From assembly GCF_964204645.1 (NCBI RefSeq), contig NC_134031.1:2046001-2110000 (forward strand): a DNA stretch of 64,000 bases. Direction: 5' to 3'. The stretch comes from Tubulanus polymorphus (taxonomy: Eukaryota; Animalia; Nemertea). Every line of letters starts with the position of its first letter. Positions within the stretch are counted from its first letter, which is position 1. Of this stretch, positions 50,219-64,000 are shown piece by piece. The notes below the pieces were generated by a model. That model saw only the letters and a list, made by a program, of their open reading frames with translations, did no database searches and was not told the DNA's origin. The translations under genes and the position numbers were made by a program.

Positions 50219-53200
50219 TATATCGTCTAATTTCATTCGCTTATATAATCCTGAATTGAAAAACATTTATTAAAACGCAAATTCGAAAAAGTAGAAATAA
50301 TCGTGTATCGATACAAGGACAGGTAGCGTGGAATGTTGTTTTCGATGAAATAGCGATGCAAAGCGATTGCTATACAAGTGGACAGAAAATACGGGATTCG
50401 AACCCACTGATGCGTGCCGCCGGCCTCGCGAACGTTATTGAAGCGAAATAATGATTCCGATAAGAAGAAAAAGCTCGACGCCGACTTCGATTTACGTCAG
50501 TTTATCATCATAATCGTCAACATTCGTTTTTCAAAACGAGCCTGGAAACGCCAGCGATCGCGTCCTGTAGTCTGCGCGAGCGGTTAAACAGAAATCGCGG
50601 TTGATGTATGAGCGGCGAGTCCGTCGACGGGAAGCAATTAAATTTCGATTTCAGACGACAATCGAACGGTTTTAAGTGAAAGTATTAAAGCCTCTTCCCT
50701 TATTATATTATCCGGGTAAATGAATAAATATGATTGAGGGTTGACGCGATCGATGCTTCGATGAAAAAACTCCCCATTAACGGAAGAAATCGACACCTCA
50801 TATTTGACTTTATCTCGTCAAAATCGTCAATATATTCGCGTCATAAATGCGTTTTATTACTTCAATGTATGAAATCGAATTCTTCATTTCCCGCAAGGCG
50901 CGAAGGTCTATTTTTTTTCAAAATTGTCACGTCGCATGATATAAATATTCGGTGTAAAAAACCGAGCGAAAAGTGTCGATGTCTTATTTTGAATCGTATG
51001 ATTTTTGTGATGGGAATCGCTCGTGTGGGATTCGGGGATATAAGAAGTTTGAGTTGTAGGAATGAACGAGTAAGCCGCGTAGGACGAACTCGTCTCGAAC
51101 TGATCTGTTTAAATATTAAATCCAGTTCTACTAAAGGTTCTTATGAACGGTTCCGACATTCGAACACGGAACTTCTAATGGAATTGTGCTGTATACGTAA
51201 GTGTTTAGACTGTGTTTTTAAAAAGTCTACCCAGCCAATATTTTTGACATCTATACACAAACTCGCCGGCTTTCAAATTTCTCAAACGATCTGATATGAC
51301 AAGAACCGTTGAAACTGACAATACACACACGAAGCAGCAGCCGCGCATACCTCACGATGTTCGTCGATGACAACCTATACGACAACGGTTTTACGTCTTG
51401 GAGGAGCCTTCTAAAATGCTTACATCGATAAACGACAAACATTGTGAAGATGTTTAGAACAAACAATTCTCGAGGATGGAAATGTTTTTGCATGAGGCTT
51501 TTTTATATCTTACTACTAACGACCTTGGGGTTTGTCGTCGGAATCGTTATGGAGTCCGGCAAAGTTAACGTAAAGAAATCCAATTTTCAAGATTTTCAAG
51601 ATATTTATGCGATGAAATCAGGACACAATGAAATATTTGCTCAGAAAAGACTCCCTCATTGACATCTCATGACAAAGCTTTGTGAAATAATTAAAAAAGA
51701 TTCATCCGTCAAACTATAGGTTTTTAATATTTAATAAGTTGTTTGTTTGTAATGTCTGCAAATGCCTTGAAGGCAGCGATATGCGGTGTAATGATGTGAA
51801 ACAATGCTGTCTGGGCAATAAGCTCTTTTTTCAGAGCTGAGTCTCAAACAATTTTGATTAATTACTCTTATGAAGCGGTATATTGAACTATGTGCCTGAG
51901 TGTCAACATCAACCCCACATATTTAACCATTATTAATCACTATAAGAGCCGACATATACACGCTTTGTTTGTATTGTGCATATTAACAAAAATCTGTTTT
52001 GAAAAATGACGCGCAAAGATAGTCTGTGCGAGTGACTGTTCAGTTGAGTTGGTAAGATATCAAATTCATGGCTACTTCCAGTAAACCTTGCGTTAATTCG
52101 GTTGTTTTAGGATTTTCTCCGACTTTGAGTTCGTCGGATTTTGAAGCATTTGAATACAATGAATGTGGCTTGAATAAGACGCAAGAGCTCAATCTTTGAA
52201 AACGAGAACTCAATCTTTTTACACTATATCCTGCATCTCTCATAACCACTACAAGCCTATACGCGTAGCTCAAACTATAGTTATAGACTCATCGCTTATA
52301 TCAACGACTGGGTATCATAGCGTGGCTCAACCTCTAACTATGGCGAGTCTTCGACTCAGAAAATCCCACTTATCTTTCTCTGACTTGAGCGTTCATATAT
52401 ACGACTTTGTTTAGAGTTCAACAATCGGTATCCATCTATCCGAGTCATCAACAGTGGTCGGTAGCGTGGCGCCTTTAGGCCGAGCATTCACGGACCAAGC
52501 ATTCTTAATCCTACCTGACCTCAGTTAACCTCGGTTAAGGTAGAGTCTTCTCCGGGACTTTCCTTCAGATTCATAATTTACGCTAATCCGGATTTCCAAT
52601 TCTATATCTAATTCTATATCTCATTATAATTTACTAGTTCATATATAATTATATTTTCGGTCTGGTTTATATTTACCTGGTTAATATAATCAGTAAATTA
52701 AGATTCCGTTGTTTCGATTTAATTGTATTTTGTGACCCGTCAGTCATCTCTAATTCTTTACCGACTTATCGGATTTTACAATTACGGTTTACTGTAATAG
52801 GTAACTGAACCGCCGTTTTATCGCGGCCCACTGTAAGTACCTAGTATTCCATTTACTCCAACTTATACTAAATTTATGAAAGGGACGAATGTCAACGAAA
52901 CAATTTTAATCAAGTCTTCGCCAAGGAGAGCGGTAATTAATTTCATCATCGCTCATATTGCTTTAGTCGCGGAGGACATTTCGTGGCTATTACTTTTTAA
53001 TTTAACGTGAAAATCTATAAAGAATGTCAACACGTATTATTGGCACAGGAAATGATCGTCCTCGCTCGCTCGTTATACACTCCGTGCCATCTTCAGAATG
53101 AGAAGACTCGTACTACAAATCAGGTTACTCTGTACTAACTCATCATCGCGCCGCAAAAATTGGTCAATGATATTTTCTTAGCCTTTCTCATTTTGCGTCA

Positions 53201-55369
53201 CGTTGTCCTTTCTGTATTCCTATCTTCTGTTCATTTGACCGCAATCACCGCCTGTGAGTCAGTTATCAATATTTAGACGGCAATCTCTGTGTCGTCGTCG
53301 GGCGATTGCCTTTGCACCGGCTTACACCGCGGAATAGATAGTCCTCGTTTGACTACTTGTTACGTTGGAAAATCTATTCTGCGAAGTTTGCCCGATTACT
53401 GTAGGATGTCAACATCGTCATAGGGGTGGATTTAGGGGGTGGTCCCGGAGTTCCAGACCCCTGTCTTCCCACTGAGGTGGCCCTTTTCATCACGACAGAT
53501 ATCATCAAAACCTGTAAATTTGACAATCTCAACCTCTCAGAATTGGCATCTTTTAGGATTTATTACTTCATAAATATGTTAACACCGAGGATATAGCTGG
53601 TGCCCTTTGAAAATATGGCCGCTTAATGCGAGAAATACATTTTCTGTTATTCTGAAACCCGCCTTATAATTTGACACTAGAATCTTCCCTGGTCACCGCT
53701 ATTCATCCATACACATAGAGGCTAATTTCCGTGCGCATGAATACACCTATACTGGGTTTTATCATGAAAGTTCCTCATAAGGATAAGAAGATGATGACAG
53801 AAATTTCGAATCAGGGACATACGCGCGCGTACAGGTCACAAGTTCAAGGATGCTAATCCGCTGCGAGCGTTATTTATCGGGGCTCCGTGGCTTCATCGAG
53901 TTTACGGCTAAGCTAAAGCGCCTCTTGTATGTATCAATCCATTATCAATCTGAAGTTTCGATACCACCAGAAACGGCGGAAAAGTCGTCAACGACCAATA
54001 GAATGGCTCCATAATCATCATGCCAAACTTTAGCACCAACGTTTTGCAAGTCCATAGAACGCAAAGAGGATACACCTATTTACCGGTTTATATTTGTAAT
54101 TGAAATTGAAATTGAAATTTATTTTCATTACGATGTTACATTATTGAACGATATAATAAGTATGATTAGACGAAGAAAAATGTAACAGGATAATGGGGCT
54201 ACACGGAGAGACTGAAACAGTCTATCTAAGCCGTATCACCCAGAAGCATCCACACCACATTCATCACACTCACACATCATGCACACAAGTAATTAACAAG
54301 CGAAAAGAAAAAAAGGGTCAATATATTACACATTAACATAGGTTTGTATAGAATGAAAATTTACAAAGTGTCGCTGTAGATCTTCTTTGCTCTCACGGCC
54401 ATCACTGTGGTTCCTTTTATTGAATCATGTGTTATGCTTTGCCACCTTAAAACGAGAACCATATTGTATCTTGTTGGTGTTTAAACGTATTTTGCTCGGC
54501 TCAAAAAATACTTTCCGACGGTAAAAGAAAGTCCGGTAATCTAGAAAAAATGGCGGACGCGTAATTTCGTAACGCAAACTCTTCGGGCAATCAAGCGAAT
54601 GGCCACGAAAATTGTTACTGACCCAATTGTATGAATGAGATGGAGTCGCCTCACGCGGAGTGATTCAGTTCTCGTCCGACCGAATTAATTTCTGGCTTCG
54701 GGAACGACGTGACTTTGTGCGTGATTTATTCACGTTAACTCAACGCCGCCGCGTTACGGAGAGAGAATATCAAATTTACCGAGATTTTCGCTGTTGCGCG
54801 TTTGCATCGTTTTTGGCACAAATAACATTTGCGTCGAACGTCGTGGCTAGTTTATACTATTTGGAATATATCCATATGCGCGTATTCGAAGCCGACACGA
54901 TTCGCTAACAGTCCTGAAATCGTGTTAGACTGGTTTCGTCATCTTAGATTACTCGGTTTCGTCTTGCTGTAGCGACGTGTGGGTCGGTCAAGTTGTTCTT
55001 AGTACCTGAGTCTGTTATGCGACCCTGAACGAGAAACCCTCGTCTTCGTCTTACTCGAGTTTCTCTCGGTAGGAATCTAATATTCTCTCCGCTTCGTAGA
55101 CATCTCAACTTTGCTTCTGCGCTCATTTGAACCTTCTAAAAGTTTATATCTAGTTTAACCGCCATCAACAGCCGTGGTACTGAAGCCGAGCTGAACGAGT
55201 CAGGTGGGCCTGTAATTGGGCCTTGAAAAATGCCCAAAATCCACAAAACCTTCACTAAGTCACACAAATAGTTAGTACCCGAATATTAAGCACTACATTA
55301 GACGATTTACATGCACCTATATTTCGGTGCAAATTTGTATCACAATTTGCAGGTGATGTTGACTGAAAG

Positions 55370-55574
55370 GCTGCCAGTAATAGGCCCCACATAGCCTGCC
55401 AGTAATAGGCCCCACATAGCCCGCCAGTAGGCCCCACACAGCCCGCCAGTAGGCCCCACACAGCCTGCCAGTAGGCCCCACACAGCCTGCCAGTAGGCCC
55501 CACACAGCCTGCCAGTAGGCCCCACACAGCCTGCCAGTAGGCCCCACACAGCCTGCCAGTAGGCCCCACACAGC
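55370..55574. repeat. Minisatellite, 22-bp unit x about 9
   Basis: GCCTGCCAGTAGGCCCCACACA; the first two units carry a 3-nt insertion. Confidence 0.92.
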
Positions 55575-56191
55575 ATGTAAGTTATCGTACCTCACACTTT
55601 ACGGTTGGTGTTGATCTTTCTCTTGAAGAAAATTCATGCAGATTTTTTCTCCGATTCTACCGATTTTGCCTGTTTTACGATGCGGCATCGAGCGCTGGTA
55701 ATTAAAGCGGTCTTTACTGCCTTTCCTGACGCCGGAAAATCACACTTCACACATTCATGAATTATAAATGTTGCTTCAGTTCTCTATAACGGATGTTACG
55801 TAGCTTTGCCCAATTAGTCGTTTGAAATTTAAGATACCTGAATTTCTAGAAACGGCCAATTAATTAATGTTCACGATAATTTTTATTTCTCATTCTGTCG
55901 TTCGGTTTCTCGAAGAATCTTTAAGCGAATCTAAAAATATTCCTTTTTCTGGGTAGTGTTTAATCACAAAGACGATTCCCTCGGGACATGGAATTCATGT
56001 TCTCTAGTTGCAGGTTGACGGAATCTTAACCTGAATTTCTCGTACATTTTACCGTAATTTCAACCCGAAATGGATGCTGTTTCTCTGAAAATGTCTATTG
56101 AGTGACTCGTAAGATGTTGGAAATATTAAGAGGTGGCATATTTTTAGCTTTATATAGAGTACTATGCTAGCCGAAGCTTGAAAGAGCTCTG

Positions 56192-56315
56192 GGGCCAGTT
56201 CCATAGTCATAGCTTACACTTAAGACCAGTCTGAGACCAACTTAGTTTTTTAGCCAATCTAACAATTCAAGACCAGAATACTTTTAGACTCGAGTCACGA
56301 CTGTGGAACCGGCCC
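56192..56315. mobile_element. MITE family A copy
   Basis: GGGCCAGTTCCATAGTCAT ... ACGACTGTGGAACCGGCCC inverted termini. Confidence 0.75.
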
Positions 56316-58069
56316 CTAGGTGCATATTATATCTTGTTACACCGATCGTTTAATGTAGTTTCGAATACTTTAGCTATCACTGTGGACCCAGTCCCGCATT
56401 CACATGTTAGATTCCGATACCGAGCCAAGATTACTGTGTATTTCCAATATTTCAACACTAAGAAAATCTACCTCCGGAACTGGAGCCTGTTAATTCGAAC
56501 ATTCTCCGCTGACAGTTCCCAATTATTGCAAATTGTCGCGTTACTATTATCCGTTTTGAGTGGGTTCTTCATTTTTGTCGTCGCACTCGCTAAGAGCTCC
56601 GTATCGGTTTACCTCATATTATCAGCTTATTCATAACATCAGTATTAGCGAATACAATGCGACGTAATTCTCCGAAGTAAAAGCTAAAATCGAAGGCGAC
56701 TTTTTTAGCTGAAACGACTCGCGTGAATTCGAGACGGACAAATTTGGAACGGGTCGGTTTTCTGAACAAAACGCCGATAGTTAAAAGCCCCGATCTCGGT
56801 ACCAGCTTCCCGCGAGGCGAGTCGTAGACGAGGCGATCTGCATGGAATAGAAGTTTGCTGAAAGTCCAGAAACGTGAATGGTATCGCTTCGGTAAGAGTG
56901 TTGCAGTCGCCTGTAGACTCGTAACACTAAACAAAAGTTTGGGGGGGGGGGGAAATTACAGAAAAGAAAAACGTTTTAACAAATTACCAAAGATTTTTGA
57001 AATTTTACTATCAGTTCTTGAAATTACATTATCAGTTTAATTATATAAGTTTAGTTATTATAACTGCATTGTACAGTGACGGGTAAATTTACGGTAAAAT
57101 ATTGAGTGAATATGATCTTTCTAAGTAAATATTCCTAAGTAAAGTACACACGCTCTAACAAGTAAAAACAGTATTCAAACCCCTGGGGCGAACTCTGTTA
57201 TCACAGATCGGAGAATCCGTTTGCCTCCAATCGTACTCTTTTATTGGTCACGTTACTTTTTGGAGTATCCGAAACCTCTTTTCTGTCGAGGTGGTGCGAT
57301 TCGGATTTTGTGTGGAGCCAACCGGAAATTTCGGACGGAGACTTCGGAGGTCATAAAAGAGTACGCCCCTGCAGTCACAAGGATTGTCGTGACCGAGGGC
57401 TTTACCAGTCAGCCAGATCATCGCATGGAAAACATGCGGAAAAATATCCGACTAATCTTTCCAGTTCGTTCTAAGGTAAACTATATATATCGTTTGTTTG
57501 ACGTTCAAAGTTTAATACCTGATCGTGGTAGATTAAGGCGAGATGATTAACGGGCGGGATTCCAGCGGCTGACAAGTGGATCTAAACTACGGGTAATTGA
57601 TTAAATTTCATAATCCCGGAGTCTGTGTTAGCGACGACTCGCGACGATGCCGGTTAAGCTTAATGATACCGACTTGCATCCATCAGACAGTGTAAGACGT
57701 CATCGCGGATCTTAATTTAGTTCAACTTGTTTACTCCCACGTTATCCGAGAGACTAAAAGTTTATTTTCGTGAAAAAAAATGATTAATTAATTCGTGCGG
57801 TGACCGCAGCATAATACGCGCAGGGTCAGCAGGATTCGAACCTGCAGGCAGAACTATAGTTTTTCTTCGAATCTCGTGGTTGCTGATTCCCGAATCTGAA
57901 GAATCACTTCTAGCATCATTCGAACTTCTCAAATCTGTCCCCAGCTTAACCAAAGAACAACAGGAAAACAATTCCGAAAGATCACATTGAGCTAATTATA
58001 GTTTATTCGATGTTTACACAGTCGAAAATAAGTAGAGATTCCCAATATAATCACGAAAAAATGATATAG

Positions 58070-58205
58070 AGTCCGAAAATGTTTCCATGATCTAGTAGTT
58101 TATACAACGTTTCCACTATATTCTAACAGTTATCCTCAGGAATTACTGACGATGACTGAATATAGCGTTGAATAAATTATTAGCTCAAGGAAACATTTTC
58201 GGACT
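58070..58205. mobile_element. Foldback MITE family D
   Basis: Perfect 17-bp TIR AGTCCGAAAATGTTTCC / GGAAACATTTTCGGACT with further arm symmetry. Relatives at 38766-38900, about 29190-29275 and about 49005-49065. Confidence 0.7.
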
Positions 58206-59139
58206 TATATTATTGTTTCATTATTATTGCATTATCGTTACAATCACGGAATCGACGTGCTACATCGAGATTATTAATCCCTGATACTCTAATGCCGGTG
58301 TCTTAAGCCAGTATCATTAAGTTTACGATCGTGTTCATGCAAAGATGTCCAGCGGCAAACTACGCGAAAAAGAACGATCGATTCTCAAATAATAGATGTT
58401 TATAGCAAGCAGTTTGTTATTCGGTTGTTTTATCGCACGTTTCCCTGTCATCGCTGTTGATATATATATGTACCATCGATGACAGAACGAATTATGAAGT
58501 TGAAAAACAATTTTAGATTACCTGACAAGCTGCACTCGTGGCTTAGGCTGCCAAGGGAAAAGATCGGATAATGAATTGGATGCGAGTTAAAACAGATTTG
58601 TCTTTCTGTCCCCTGATCGCCTGCGATGTTGCGTACATGTACTTTGTCACTTTGACGGCGTCTTGAAACTTAAGTTACATCGTCTTTACAAGTATTATAT
58701 GGGTTACAAGCAGTGGTGCTCAGAAATTCTACTAGAGATTAGGCTGATTCGGGCACAGAAAACTGACTTGAAAGTTTGTTGACGCCTTGGGAAATAACGC
58801 ATGTATTGCTAAATATTGTTGACAATAAATAATTTGATATTAATTATATCATATCAAAATCAATTAAGTAATTTTGGATTTGAATGCTTATCCTCTCAAC
58901 AAGAGTTACGAAATATATTCAACTACAAAATAAACGCCAAAATTCACAATTTTAATTGTTATGTTGAGACGCCAATATTGATTACGACTCACGCAGTAAC
59001 CTTTAAATAACGAGGTATCAATGTAAACAAACATTTAAGTAACGGTTTTTACCGCGCTGAAAAAAAAATTCCATTCAATTATATGCCGGGGCAAAAAGAA
59101 TATATCATTTAGTTAAACAATCACAGCGCAAAAACTCAG

Positions 59140-59235
59140 GACCCAGTTCCACAGTTGCGAGTCATTGTTACTCACAGTTAAAATCAATTAGTTTTCAATG
59201 AGTCAAATCTTAACTCGGAACTGTGGAACTAGGTC
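59140..59235. mobile_element. MITE family B copy
   Basis: GACCCAGTTCCACAGTT ... AACTGTGGAACTAGGTC. Confidence 0.75.
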
Positions 59236-62200
59236 CTAGGAGTTTATTAGTTAAAATATTGAAGGCAGGGTCAAATGACTTGTCATACGGATAAAGCTCC
59301 ACGTGGCCTTATTGGTCAGTTTTTGATGACGTTTATACAAAACGAATTGTTCATTCAAACCGAATAGCAGGAAGAGTCGTAGCGTGACACGTGACGTGTG
59401 TTGTAGTCAGTCGTCTGCGTATCGGAGATCAATGCCACCTGTCGACGATCTCAGACAACGACGATAGATTTCCTCTCAATCATCTCTTCCTCTCTGAATG
59501 AAAACGAAGCGAAGATATAGTGTCGTATAGAGCAAGCGGCGAATAATCGACGAATTTCGGATGATTCGCGCGTACTCTCGTAAAGTTCGAATTACCCGAG
59601 GATGTTTATGATTATCGTTTGAAAACTACGCGAAGTCGCGTCGCTTCAGGGAGTGGCGGTCGTCATACACGATATCTACACGTCGATTTATCGGTTATGT
59701 TTTAGTCTACGCGATGATAAACGCGCGAAAAGATATCTTAGTAACTTTCCGACATAAAACAGAAGGAAAATCGTTGCCCGACTCCAGGGGCGAGGTTTAA
59801 AGGTTTTCAACCTTAACAATCCTGATAACTTCTGCGATGTTTAGATTTTATGATAACCCCCGAAGTTAAATCGGGCCACCTCAGTCAGGTGGTTCTCGAA
59901 ATGCGAATAGATTAAAATAGAACGAAATAACCTGTTTGGAGACTATTTAGGTAACATTTCAGGGCCTCTTCGGCTATATTTGTTCACAACTTTCATCTAA
60001 GAAAACCACTCAGACCATAAAGGATTCAACAAACTAACAAAAGCCGAACCCAGTTTCGGTTCCGCAGATGTTAGTAAGATTATACACCACCTCATCTTCA
60101 AATTAGAATTGAGCAAGATTATATATTCAATTCTAAGATCGGCCAATGCCCCAGTGGCAAACAGAGCTATGCAACTTGTGATTCCTAGAGTAAAGAGAAA
60201 TCTGAGATACAAGGAAGCACTTGTATCGTGGGAAAGAACAAGTCTTATATTCTTGTATTAAATTTCGGCTTTCGTTCGTCGAACACGAATATTGCATTAA
60301 AACAATATGTCGTCGTTTCGAAAATAAACCGTCGTCGTTTCGTAATCGGAACGATATTCTCGGCGCCTACTCATTCAAACCATTTGTGGATCCGCCCGGA
60401 ATTCTAGGCCGTCGGCGTCAGACTCATGAGTTCGACGAAGAAAAATATCATCAGAAGAAAATTCTATGGTTTTCAAACCGATACACACTCTCACTGAAAG
60501 ATCTTGGAGCATGGTTTGAGTCATTGACAAATATTAGTCTAAAACGGGACTAAATGCTGATTATTTGGAGCGAAAACAACCTTGGTGAACGATGTGAGGC
60601 CGAGTACCCCCTTGCTCGGTGTCTCAAATCCAGAACAACCGGTTTCTGGGTCAAGCTGTGCGTATTGCTAATAACGCGAAGTAATATGGGAAGAGAATAT
60701 CGTATATTTCGCGTCGTGAATCGTCTATTCCTTTTTCTTCCGCGAAACAAAAGAGAGCTGTCTAATTAAACACTCAACCACATCGCGTGCACACTTCACT
60801 CGCCACTGGTGACGACGCACACCTTTTAATTGTTCGCACACTTCAAGAAACCTCTCCTCAAAAATGTAGTGCGTTCAACACTACAAGACAATATTCAAAA
60901 CTGTCTCACCTGCCACTTAGATAGTGCTGAGAACTGTATATGAATGAGCTGAGGAACCAATTATCGGTAAGAATGGCGCGTATGAAGTGTTTTCTCAATA
61001 CAACTCGAAGACATATTTTTCGCGTTCGTTTCAGCATCTTGTTTGGTGACAAGTGGAGGAAATGTTTTACGAAAACTCTCCACGAAAGTTATCGTCACCT
61101 CGCCGATAGATACACGTGTAACATCAAAATACAGCAGGAGTAGAGCCGTGTAGATCGGGGTCCGTTTGAAAGAACGACTCGAATATAGCTTTATGTCAAA
61201 GTATTATAACGTTTTCATCAACGATATTAAACCTCAATTCGTTATGATGCCAAACGGGTCCTAGGACCCGAGTTATACGTTAGTTAAGAGTCAAATAAAC
61301 AAACAAAAACGATATTAGCTCATCATTTAAAGGGTCCTTGTCAATTAGCATCATATTTGATAGACATGCACTAACCTAACCCCAACCGGTAAACCAGTAT
61401 ATTCTAGTCGTTATTTTCATGGCCTCTCCGGCTATAAAGTTCCAATCTACCCCTTATAAAGTTCCAATTTACCTTTTATTTCGATCGTAAAAATCCCAAA
61501 ATAAAATTAATCAAATCCTATGCATAACAAGCAATCGATGCTATTCGTTTGTCGATGCGGTATAAATAGGTTGTATATTATACGCTGTATATTTTGCTAT
61601 TTTGAAAACCCATTAAACGACTGAAGAAGTGACAGTGAGATTAGTGCATTCACCGGGATTCGAACCCGGGTCTCGTGCATATAATGTAACCAACTAACAT
61701 ATTCGGTTGGATTATATACAAGGTTGATTCAAAATAACTATATTTCTGGTGTGATATCTAATCGAAATTGACATTTACAAATACGAAATCTGTAAATCAA
61801 AGCCATAATATAATGATGTAACCTGAGATGTAACGGTTTGAAAAATGTTTGCGAAATAATTCGAAATATCACTTTGTTTACGAGTTGCGCGAACCTTCGA
61901 TTTTCTGTTTGAAATGTCGCCTCCCAATAATGATAGTTAATACCACCAGCTTCGCGCACACGAATATTCCGCCTTTGATTGATATATAGTGAAGTGTTGT
62001 TGTTAAAAGAAAAACCAGATTTTCCTTCGACTGAAACTCGCACGCGAAATAAAATCGAATTATCGATAAACACGAATCGTGTTGTTTCCGATAGAATTAC
62101 ATTGATATCGTTGGAGATGATGAATTTACGCGGGTTGATTTCACTGTGATCACCACATTATAACACGCGTGTTTACTGGAAGCCCCTGAAGCGGTGTTTG

Positions 62201-62995
62201 CCCTTCAATATAGAAAAAATGATTTCAAATACCCGTTGTCGAACCCCCTGAAGCAATATAGGCCGATCCTGTTCGATCACAACAGGATAATCGCAAATTT
62301 TGTTTATTCTATTTCTCAATTTTAAGACATTTCGCCTGATTCCGAAAGTAACTGGAATGAATTGGGCGCAATTTCTCCAGAAATACTCCACCGCCAATAT
62401 AGCACACCATCTAGCACTGCCATCTAAATCTCCTTATGACATCATAGAGTTTGTTGACTAGTGGGCGATTTGATGATATCATAGCGAACATAGGAAGCGG
62501 CCGTCTTTTGTGAAAAGTCTCAATGCAGGGTCGGGATGTGAAATGTAATGAATTCGACGAATGGCATCATTATTATTCCCACTAACGATGACTTAGATCA
62601 GTTCGGCTTTATCAATTAGCGATCGAGCTACGCTAGTCAACTTTCAGCTTGACCGGAAATGACGTGCGCGCTCAATCGCGGACACATCATTAACTATGAT
62701 TAGCGAATTGACCGATAATTAGTTTAGCCTTTATCCGATATGTTTGAAGTTTCGTCGTTTCCTGAAGGTAAACACAGACACGCGGCAGACGACACGGCAG
62801 AGCTTCCCAATTAATCAACTGTAATCAATGATCGTATCTTTGATGGTGACATGTGCGCGATGGTCATATCTATGAATGTATGATCAATACCGACCATTTA
62901 GCTGCAGGAACTTATTATCACTATAGGATCCGTTATTTCTCAGTAAAACACCACTAATTCCTCCCACCTTCTCTAACTCCATTCCTGATCTGTGC

Positions 62996-63337
62996 CAGAG
63001 GCGGATCCAGACCGTATTAGCCGTATTGCCCAATACGGTCTAGAATTTTTAAGTGCCCTTCGAAATTTCACCGGCAATATTTTTAAAGGCATTATTTCAG
63101 CAACCGCTAATTCCGTGTCCGGGTCGTTTATTCTGAATTGCTCTGAAGCCCTCTAAAAGCCTTTAAATGGTACCATATTATCAAAATTTTCTGGGGGAGG
63201 GCCCCCATACCCCCTTCGAAGGACTTCGCGCCTTCGGCACTCGCATTGACCTGGATACTGGGTGTGCCCTAAGATCAGAAAGGTGCCCTTAAATATCCTT
63301 CCAATACTGTCTACCCATCCCCCTGGATCCGCCCCTG
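62996..63337. mobile_element. Non-autonomous DNA transposon, CAG termini, 5-bp TSD (hAT5-like)
   Basis: TIRs CAGAGGCGGATCCAG / CTGGATCCGCCCCTG (14/15 match); TGTGC duplicated exactly at 62991-62995 and 63338-63342. A degraded relative probably starts at about 53420 (AGGGGTGGATTTAG). Confidence 0.8.
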
Positions 63338-63444
63338 TGTGCATCTTCCTATTATTTTCCGTGTCCAACTCGGGTTTTTTTCCGATGGACTGAATAACTA
63401 ATAGTTTGTCGTTTTAAGAATCTCGTTCGTTACCTCTCCGATAT

Positions 63445-63620
63445 TGAGAGAGAAAGAGAGAGAGGATGAAAGAGGGGAGGAGAGAAGTGCGAGAGATGGG
63501 AAAGGGAGGGGTGCAGGGGAAGAAAGTGCGGGAGACGGAGAGAAGGTAGTAAGAGTGAAAGCGGAGTTGGAGGAAGCGAGAGGTAGGGACTGAGAGGAAG
63601 CGAGAGGTAAGGACTGATAG
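63445..63620. repeat. Polypurine low-complexity tract
   Basis: A/G-rich, with duplicated GAGGAAGCGAGAGGTA. Confidence 0.8.
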
Positions 63621-64000
63621 ACTATGACGTTCATGATAAAAAACGGAGGCTTTTTCTTTTTTCTCTGCTCAATAGAGGGCGCTGGCGTTTTATAAATTGG
63701 ACCGGGAAAGCTGTGCGTGGTTTACTCAATTGGATATTCACGCTTTACTCGTTGCGGTTATTATAGAATCGACGCCTGGACGAAAAAAATCCATAAAACA
63801 ACACGCAAACTGTTAATGACACTCTAACGATTAGACGCCAAACGCAAACGTTAGAACACTGCAGCGTTTTGTCCTCGTATCCGGTCGATCCGATGCGGTA
63901 CCCTTACGAAATTTGATATTTTCTTTTTGTTCGTAATCGCGTCGATTACGAAAGATTTCGATACGAATAAAGCTTTTAATTCAGCGCGGGATTCGTTCGT

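Noticed and set aside
50734-51294. 186-aa plus ORF, and other 60-120 aa ORFs in 41-64 kb (e.g. 60221-60553, 61738-62073, 62173-62397)
   Set aside because: Mostly non-ATG starts, no motifs, no consistent exon chain, and composition like non-coding DNA.
55255-55595. Three repetitive ORFs and a CRISPR-like appearance
   Set aside because: 22-bp head-to-tail minisatellite with no unique spacers and no cas genes, in a eukaryotic context. The same applies to 41573-41793 and 32096-32597.
57820-57955. tRNA-Ser/Leu gene
   Set aside because: Only a T-arm is present; no cloverleaf can be folded.

Overview
AT-rich, intron-containing animal genomic DNA. An invertebrate, plausibly a lophotrochozoan, is my inference from the gene families present. 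Most ORF-track entries are spurious, and the real genes had to be assembled by hand from GT-AG exons. (1) Two paralogous NIT-domain transmembrane guanylyl cyclases lie head-to-head: GC-A on the minus strand (30226-35138, 8 coding exons, 687 aa) and GC-B on the plus strand (36242-40424, 7 coding exons, 646 aa). Their start codons are about 1.1 kb apart. Each reads short N-tail / TM1 / NIT sensor / TM2 / coiled helix / class III cyclase, with no kinase-homology domain, and each keeps the full catalytic residue set. They differ by one intron each, reciprocally. (2) A minus-strand claudin/PMP22-like (tetraspan) locus runs off the left edge. It has two separate homologous N-terminus+TM1 exons (18520-19474 and 1696-1894) ending at the same phase-1 position, an upstream MG-start exon (25846-25950) and a candidate 18-nt in-frame microexon. 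(3) Non-autonomous DNA transposons are abundant: two CWG-flanked Harbinger-like MITE families that repeatedly abut, a CAG-terminal element with a 5-bp TSD, and a foldback MITE whose arm has amplified into a 69-bp tandem array. Micro- and minisatellites, CTCF-like motifs and CRE motifs are also present. No coding gene was recognisable from about 40.5 kb to 64 kb.
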